From Octopus sinensis (taxonomy: Eukaryota): a stretch of 64,000 nucleotides of DNA. The notes beneath the pieces are model-generated. The model made no database searches, was not told the DNA's origin, and saw nothing but the letters and a program-made list of their open reading frames with translations. Numbering within the stretch: the first letter of the stretch is position 1; every line of letters begins with the position of its first letter. Both the position numbers and the translations under genes were made by a program. Location of the stretch: the NCBI RefSeq assembly GCF_006345805.1, contig NC_043005.1, positions 46,686,001-46,750,000 of the forward strand, in the 5' to 3' direction. Positions 63,362 to 64,000 of this stretch are shown one piece after another.

Positions 63362-64000
63362 TGTGTGTGCGCATGTGTGTTATATATGTTTGTGTAATGA
63401 TTCTATCTACCTTCACATTGTTAATGCCCTATCCCTCTATGTTCCGTAACTTAGTAGAGCAACAAACAGAGGTCACTATAATTATGTATGAAATATAATG
63501 AAGAGCTGAGTACAATACAATTGATTAAAACTCTTGAACAGAGCCCCAACGTAACAACAGTTTAATGACTGAAAGGAGTAAAAGAACAAAAGGACGAAAG
63601 AATATGTACATGTGTAAATATAAATGAACAAACATATATCTATGCTTATTTGAAACTGTGTGGAACTTGCTAAAATAAAGCCTCATGATGGCTAACCACC
63701 CTGTTGATATCAACGAATTATTGCTTGCCTTTATATTTCATCGTATCAAAAACGAGCCTGCAACTCTCATTTGCAGATACACTCTAACCATTTCCTGAAG
63801 GAAACGTCCTATGCACAAATGAATTCCAGCCTTTCTAATATTTCAAAAAAAAGGAATTATTTTATGTTCTCGAAGAATCTAAATTCCTTTGGCATCCACA
63901 GGATATACATTCTCGAGGGTAAAGATTCTAAAATGTATAGAAAAGGTCGAAGGGGTGAATTAGTTCAAGAGCAGAACGGCTGTCATGTTTATAGGAGATG

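Noticed and set aside
63777-63918. Candidate plus-strand exon (ctcatttgcag| ... GAGG|gtaaag, 142 nt, open frame)
   Set aside because: AT-rich, unrecognisable peptide; an open frame of this length is not unlikely by chance.

Overview
AT-rich, microsatellite-saturated metazoan DNA with no recognisable host protein-coding gene; it is probably a large intron or intergenic region. The SINE complement looks like an octopus (coleoid cephalopod) genome, which is an inference from remembered family sequences rather than a database search. Nearly all ORFs in the track are translations of (TA)n, (CA)n or (GATA)n repeats. The supportable content is mobile DNA: about 35 copies of five SINE-like families (labelled A-E here); a 5'-truncated R4/Dong-clade retrotransposon in an (AAT)n tract; Penelope-like element (PLE) fragments with two degenerate minimal hammerhead-ribozyme motifs on the same strand; mariner fragments and MITEs; two non-autonomous Helitrons; and decayed L1/Tx1 and I/Jockey-like pieces. 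The most unusual structure is a recurring set of near-perfect palindromes, inverted duplications and templated copies, mostly beside microsatellites. This suggests repeated fold-back or template-switch repair, although assembly artefacts need excluding. SINE and LINE boundaries are approximate (read by eye).
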